Virus record (IMG/VR): IMGVR_UViG_3300012956_000025
Length of the DNA: 64,000 nt
Reading direction: 5' to 3' (one strand)
Source of the DNA: a virus
Shown here: positions 59,948 through 64,000 of the stretch, one piece after another
Layout: every line of letters starts with the position of its first letter
How positions within the stretch are numbered: the first letter of the stretch is position 1
Made by a program: the position numbers and the translations under genes
Notes under the pieces: model-generated
Told to the model about the DNA's origin: nothing
The model's database searches: none
What the model saw: only the letters and a program-made list of their open reading frames with translations

Positions 59948-60279
59948 TAGTAAAATTTTACAAATCCAAAAGATAATTTTATTGTTTTGGTATATGCATA
60001 CAAGCTATGAAGGTACAAATCTGGACGGAAGAAAACAAATCTTCTATTGATTATTCCTGTTCCATGACAAAAAAAGCTGGCTTTACCAACCAGCTTTATA
60101 TTCAATCTCCAATGTTTTCCATTATTTACCCTATCTACATGTAACTTAAGATATGTATCAGGTTGATAACGAAGTATGTATGCATCAAATCCCCACTTCC
60201 ATATACGGAAGTACCATAAAGGGAATTTCTCATAGGTAGTATCCTTCTGTCTACCCTCCTGCCATTTCCATATCATCAT
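59947..60279 (-). CDS. 2OG-Fe(II) oxygenase-like protein
   Basis: LHVD (HxD), WRLNI, FRPDLYLHS. Confidence 0.65.
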   Translation of the reverse strand: MMIWKWQEGRQKDTTYEKFPLWYFRIWKWGFDAYILRYQPDTYLKLHVDRVNNGKHWRLNIKLVGKASFFCHGTGIINRRFVFFRPDLYLHSLYAYTKTIKLSFGFVKFY

Positions 60280-60742
60280 AAAATAGTTGTTTTTGGTTCC
60301 CTCTATGATTTATCATATAGAATAACTCCTCTTTTGTCATTATCCTGTACTTTTCACCATGAGGATTGTTATTAAGGTACTCACATACCTTTTCGTAATT
60401 ATCACCTAAAGGACACACCCATCCATCAGTAAGAAAGTTACATTTCGAATATTTGGGCCACTCTTCAGCTCTTACCTTTTTACCACTTATGTAATTAATA
60501 GCTACACCCAAATTCCAAGTTAACTTCCAGCTTACAGTAGCAGAATAATCGGGGTTTTTTATCACATCTGCTTTATCGTTAATAAGATAAAGACCAAAGT
60601 TATATTTCTTTAGTATTTCAGGAGTAAAAGTAATTACTTTATTCCTCCTTATAGTTGTCCTCTTCTTAAAACCAAATATAGAAGTCAAGCCTACTGTACT
60701 GATACCCAGTCCAATGAACTTTATAAAATCGTTTCTTTTCAT
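60251..60742 (-). CDS. Hypothetical protein with a Tat-like N-terminus
   Basis: MKRNDFIKFIGLGISTVGL. Confidence 0.5.
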   Translation of the reverse strand: MKRNDFIKFIGLGISTVGLTSIFGFKKRTTIRRNKVITFTPEILKKYNFGLYLINDKADVIKNPDYSATVSWKLTWNLGVAINYISGKKVRAEEWPKYSKCNFLTDGWVCPLGDNYEKVCEYLNNNPHGEKYRIMTKEELFYMINHRGNQKQLFYDDMEMAGG

Positions 60743-60766
60743 ATTCTTAGTTTTTACGTTTAGTTA

Positions 60767-60985
60767 TCAAATACCGGTTGGGTGGCAACTGTGTAAATAC
60801 TGTTTTTCTTCCTTTTCGGTTGCTGTATTAGCTTGGTGTAAAAGAAGTGATTTTGCAACACTCCTCAAGTATTCAAGTTCTTCATACCCCATTTGGTCAT
60901 TTACTTGAATGTCTTTTAAGAAGCTCACAAATCGGGTTGCAAATGTTTTATCCGATACTATTCTGTTGTCTTTTATAATACTCAT
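60767..60985 (-). CDS. Hypothetical protein
   Basis: 72-aa ORF. Confidence 0.45.
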   Translation of the reverse strand: MSIIKDNRIVSDKTFATRFVSFLKDIQVNDQMGYEELEYLRSVAKSLLLHQANTATEKEEKQYLHSCHPTGI

Positions 60986-60999
60986 ATAATAAATTTTTG

Positions 61000-61147
61000 T
61001 TCCACGTATAGGATTCGAACCTATAATACAGGACTCAGTTAAGATAGTTGTCTGTATTTTTGCTAGTAAAACTTAAACTTTGTGTACCTTAACTCTATCA
61101 AACGTGTACATTTTACTAACAGCGTCTACCAATTCCGCCACCGTGGA
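61000..61147 (-). ncRNA. tRNA-scaffold RNA with expanded anticodon and variable arms (148 nt)
   Basis: Acceptor TCCACG/CGTGGA-A; D arm TGGCGGAATTGGTAGACGC; T arm ATAGG-TTCGAAT-CCTAT; two long central stems. Confidence 0.8.
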
Positions 61148-61157
61148 GACATCTTTG

Positions 61158-61610
61158 TTAGAACGCAAAGCTTACACCTGTTCCAACATAACTATATTTG
61201 CTGGATACATTCTTCCCATTAAAATTATATGCTCCAGATGAAATATTCAGTGTAACACTCTTTGATACAAGGCAATTAACAGAAGCCCCATACTCTGTAA
61301 GAAGATACTCCGGAGAATTAAGAATATGACCAGCTCCTAAAGTACCTGATACACTCCATCTCCCTGATTTCCAAAGAGTAGGAGAAACTCTTGCCTCAAC
61401 ATAAGCATTCCCATTAGTAAATGCTGTTACTCCTCCTGCAATACCTACTGAAACTCCACCAAAATCTCTACCAACCTCTAAGGTTACCATAGACTGCTGA
61501 CCAAATGTTCCAGCTCCATTGTAGTAGGAATAGTTAGCACTAACATAATTTTTCTGAGAAAATGCTCCAAATGAAGCAAAAATCCCTAAAACGAACAAAA
61601 TTTTCTTCAT
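61158..61610 (-). CDS. Outer-membrane beta-barrel protein
   Basis: Signal AFS|Q; alternating amphipathic strands; C-terminal YVGTGVSFAF (BAM-type terminal Phe). Confidence 0.7.
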   Translation of the reverse strand: MKKILFVLGIFASFGAFSQKNYVSANYSYYNGAGTFGQQSMVTLEVGRDFGGVSVGIAGGVTAFTNGNAYVEARVSPTLWKSGRWSVSGTLGAGHILNSPEYLLTEYGASVNCLVSKSVTLNISSGAYNFNGKNVSSKYSYVGTGVSFAF

Positions 61611-61629
61611 AACATGTTTTTTAGTTAAA

Positions 61630-61990
61630 AATTAGCACCCTCTGGTCCGCTAGATGTGTTAGTAGGATTACCATACCAATTAGGGTCACGTAGCATATTC
61701 AGCCACACACGGAGTCATTGCTTTTGGCTCGCCCGTTCAAGGGTTAGTCCCCTCTGCTTTACTTTACTACTTGCTGAGAACTCATTTGTGTTGTAGAGTA
61801 TAGATATTGCTATCCTGTGGTGTCACTCTTTTACAGGTGACAGGTCGTATCTCTATTTCTTTTCCATATTCCTTTCTCAAGGGAACAACACATTTCGACT
61901 TTCATCGAATATTCTTATTTATACTCGTGTCAATGTTTTCCGAGTGTTTCTCAAGGGAATTAAAAATAAATTTGTTCCTTTGAGAAATAT
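61630..61990 (-). ncRNA. Structured non-coding region (multi-stem, GNRA loops, pseudoknot candidate)
   Basis: No ORF in the track; stems GTGTTGT/ACAACAC, TGTCAC/GTGACA, TTCGAT-GAAA-GTCGAA, GGATA-GCAA-TATCT, ACCCT/AGGGT. Confidence 0.6.
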
Positions 61991-62002
61991 TGTGTATATT
62001 GT
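61971..62002 (+). promoter_or_regulatory. Variant promoter TTTG-N20-TATATTGT, 3 nt upstream of the HNH ATG
   Basis: Same architecture as 21177(-). Confidence 0.5.
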
Positions 62003-62005
62003 ATT

Positions 62006-62494
62006 ATGAATAAAGAACAACTAATACAACAGATAGACTTAGGGTTAAGTACTTGGAAATTAGCTGATTATTTTAAGACAAGTCAGGCAAATGTTCGATA
62101 CTGGTTAAAAAAGTATAATCTTGTTACAAATGTAAAGAAAAATGCTTTAGGAAACAAAAAATTGTGTCCAAGATGTAAACTTAATAAGCCTAAGAATGAT
62201 TTCTACAAGTCAACAAAATCGAGTTCTTATTGCAAAAAATGTATTATAGAAACTAATGCAGAAAGGCAAAGAAGAACAAAACAGCTTGCTGTTGACTATA
62301 AAGGAGGTAAGTGCTCAAAATGTGGATATAATAAGTGCATAGCTGCACTAGAATTTCACCATATTGACCCAAAAACTAAAGATAAAGATTATTTTAACTC
62401 AAGAGGAGGATTAACAAATGAATTGAAAACAGAGTTAGATAAGTGTGTACTTCTTTGTGCAAATTGCCATAGAGAAATACACCACTCATCATAA
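62006..62494 (+). CDS. HNH homing endonuclease, antisense to the surrounding block
   Basis: N-terminal HTH-like segment; CPRC..YCKKC; KGGKCSKCGY..ALEFHH.DP..KCVLLCANCHREIH. Confidence 0.88.
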   Translation: MNKEQLIQQIDLGLSTWKLADYFKTSQANVRYWLKKYNLVTNVKKNALGNKKLCPRCKLNKPKNDFYKSTKSSSYCKKCIIETNAERQRRTKQLAVDYKGGKCSKCGYNKCIAALEFHHIDPKTKDKDYFNSRGGLTNELKTELDKCVLLCANCHREIHHSS

Positions 62495-62650
62495 CTAAGA
62501 CATCTATACTAGGATTACTCCAATAACCCCATTATCCGCAGCACGCTACTGACATTGTTCTGGATATTACTATCCATAACAGCTTCTAAGTTATCATCCT
62601 TTCAATTCAGGATTAGTATCTTTATGTAAAATGCTAAACTTACTCTACTT

Positions 62651-62716
62651 TAGTGGAGACAGCGGGATTTGAACCCCCATATTAGCCCATCAATTTACAA
62701 AGGTTCAATGCTTAGC
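62651..62716 (-). ncRNA. tmRNA/tRNA-Ala 3'-end-like fragment
   Basis: CTAAGCAT..GGGGGTTCAAATCCCGC-TGTCTCC-A-CTA; no matching 5' strand nearby. Confidence 0.45.
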
Positions 62717-62726
62717 CTTTTAAATT

Positions 62727-63095
62727 TTAAAGAGAATCAGGTAATAACTCTCTGCATGTTTTTGCAAAGAAAGTACCTGTCTTATTTGAAGATAATACAT
62801 CTTCTGGTATTAGAATTTTTATACTGTTTGAGCTTCTGGCCCTACCCTCAGCCTTAGCACGACCTACCTTCTTACAAAATTGGTCGTTTGGGTGGCATAT
62901 AGCTGCTCCTATTTTAAACATATTTCCTTCAATAATACCTGCAAAAGTACAACTAGATTTTCTTTTTGGAGGTATAATTTTTATTTTAACACCTTTTGGT
63001 AAATTAGAAATAGTGCTTCTCAATTCCTTACACAATGTCTTATGTGACCTTACGTTTACGTGATTATTAACATGAAGAAAAAACGAATGATTCAT
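62727..63095 (-). CDS. Hypothetical phage protein
   Basis: GAAICHPNDQFCKKVGRAKAEGRA motif. Confidence 0.65.
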   Translation of the reverse strand: MNHSFFLHVNNHVNVRSHKTLCKELRSTISNLPKGVKIKIIPPKRKSSCTFAGIIEGNMFKIGAAICHPNDQFCKKVGRAKAEGRARSSNSIKILIPEDVLSSNKTGTFFAKTCRELLPDSL

Positions 63096-63185
63096 AATAA
63101 CGATTTAACTTGTTTTAGTAATTCCCTAAAAGCAGGGTTTTCTTTTATATCTGGCTGCCATGCTAATCCTGCAGATGCTAATGCT

Positions 63186-63761
63186 TCATTCAAAAAGTTT
63201 TAATAAATAATCTCTCATTTCAGGGTACTTATCTGCCCCTACTTTGATGAGGAAATCAGGATTTTCTTTCTTGTACATCTCAAACATACGACTTTTAGTC
63301 ATTTTCGAGTATTGTACATTTGCTATACGGTCACATAATTTAACAAAGATAGCTCCCGGAGTATTACGAATACCTTCATAATACTTATCATTCCCTCTCT
63401 CAGCTCTGTTCTTACCTTTCTCATTTGTAACTGCATAAATGATATCAGCTACTTCATTATGAAGATAATTCCTTATAGCTAAACTCTCTTTACAATCATT
63501 ATAAGAACAACGTGTATCCTCTATTAAATCATGTCCCCAGCAAGCTAATTCAATTACTTCAAATGTTTTATCTGTTTGTTCCCATATATTTCTGTGAACC
63601 TCGTGACTATCAATAAATAATGCAGGAAGAAGATGTTTCCAATCATTAGCAACTTGTACTACCATCCTTAGGTGAAATTCATATGGCAAATATTTATCAT
63701 AATAATGATTCGTAGATGCATGTCTCTCAATACACCATTTAATTTTTTCTTCGTGTGTCAT
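63186..63761 (-). CDS. HD-domain hydrolase, SpoT/Mesh1 (small alarmone hydrolase)-like
   Basis: LPYEFHL, WGHDLIEDT, VKLCDRIAN. Confidence 0.8.
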   Translation of the reverse strand: MTHEEKIKWCIERHASTNHYYDKYLPYEFHLRMVVQVANDWKHLLPALFIDSHEVHRNIWEQTDKTFEVIELACWGHDLIEDTRCSYNDCKESLAIRNYLHNEVADIIYAVTNEKGKNRAERGNDKYYEGIRNTPGAIFVKLCDRIANVQYSKMTKSRMFEMYKKENPDFLIKVGADKYPEMRDYLLKLFE

Positions 63762-63801
63762 TTCTTTTTTAATTTAAATTCCTACTGATAAACCGCCCAG
63801 C

Positions 63802-63894
63802 AGGTAACAGCAGTTTGGCAAAAGCTGCCATTAAGTTTTTTGCGAAAATTGAGCATCCGTTAGGCAGCCTTCGCCAAGCCGCAAAACGTTAGCG
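63802..63894 (+). repeat. attC-like imperfect palindrome (integron cassette recombination site-like)
   Basis: AGGTAAC..GCAGTTTGGCAAAAGCTGCC..GGCAGCCTTCGCCAAGCCGC..GTTAGCG. Confidence 0.6.
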
Positions 63895-63895
63895 G

Positions 63896-64000
63896 TCAGT
63901 TGCCAAAACGACTTTCCAACAATTCAAGAACAGCCATCAGAGCTTCTTCGTAATACTGATGAACACTTGCATCAAATACTCCACTTGCTTTTTTGTAATC
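63896..64000 (-). CDS. 5'-truncated hypothetical protein (C-terminus)
   Basis: ..DYKKASGVFDASVHQYYEEALMAVLELLESRFGN* ends at the attC-like site. Confidence 0.5.
   Translation of the reverse strand, partial: DYKKASGVFDASVHQYYEEALMAVLELLESRFGN

Noticed and set aside
943..62857. Many short antisense or nested ORFs in the track (e.g. 943-1206, 3777-4178, 22596-22982, 28165-28566, 56519-56767)
   Set aside because: They are shadows of well-supported genes on the other strand or frame, with no recognisable motifs.
63092..63200. Possible +1 frameshift extension of the HD protein (NFLNEALASAGLAWQPDIKENPAFRELLKQVKSLL*)
   Set aside because: The frame is open and protein-like, but the HD domain appears complete and no stimulatory element is visible; more likely a gene remnant or a tiny TTG-start ORF.
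1..64000. Alternative genetic code (stop reassignment as in some crAss-like phages)
   Set aside because: Long conserved genes are intact in code 11, and TAA, TAG and TGA all end genes; the 40924 stop also needs a frame change, so readthrough cannot explain it.

Overview
64 kb AT-rich segment of a large Bacteroidota-infecting dsDNA phage, with crAss-like gene content and standard genetic code. No capsid, terminase or integrase gene is visible. Two gene blocks converge on a bidirectional terminator at ~20.73 kb. The + strand block (1-20.7 kb) holds tail/appendage-like proteins, Thr/Ser-tract proteins, four glycosyltransferases, signal-peptide proteins rich in D-S/T-x sequons, and lysis genes. 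The - strand block (20.7-64 kb) holds PolB, primase, two helicases, SSB, RecA, ligase, UDG, class II RNR, ThyX, rIIA/B, a WGR-PARP, a Prs-like + NAMPT-like NAD module, homing endonucleases and structured RNAs. The most notable observations are: (1) a metallophosphoesterase whose D-W-H motif is interrupted by a 5-nt TAAGG insert behind a 15-bp hairpin, next to a LAGLIDADG endonuclease (candidate programmed ribosomal bypass); (2) a probable protein O-glycosylation system; (3) tRNA-scaffold RNAs with expanded, mutually complementary arms; (4) an ADP-ribose write/erase/recycle gene set; (5) attC-like cassette sites. All calls come from motif recognition by eye; no database searches were run.
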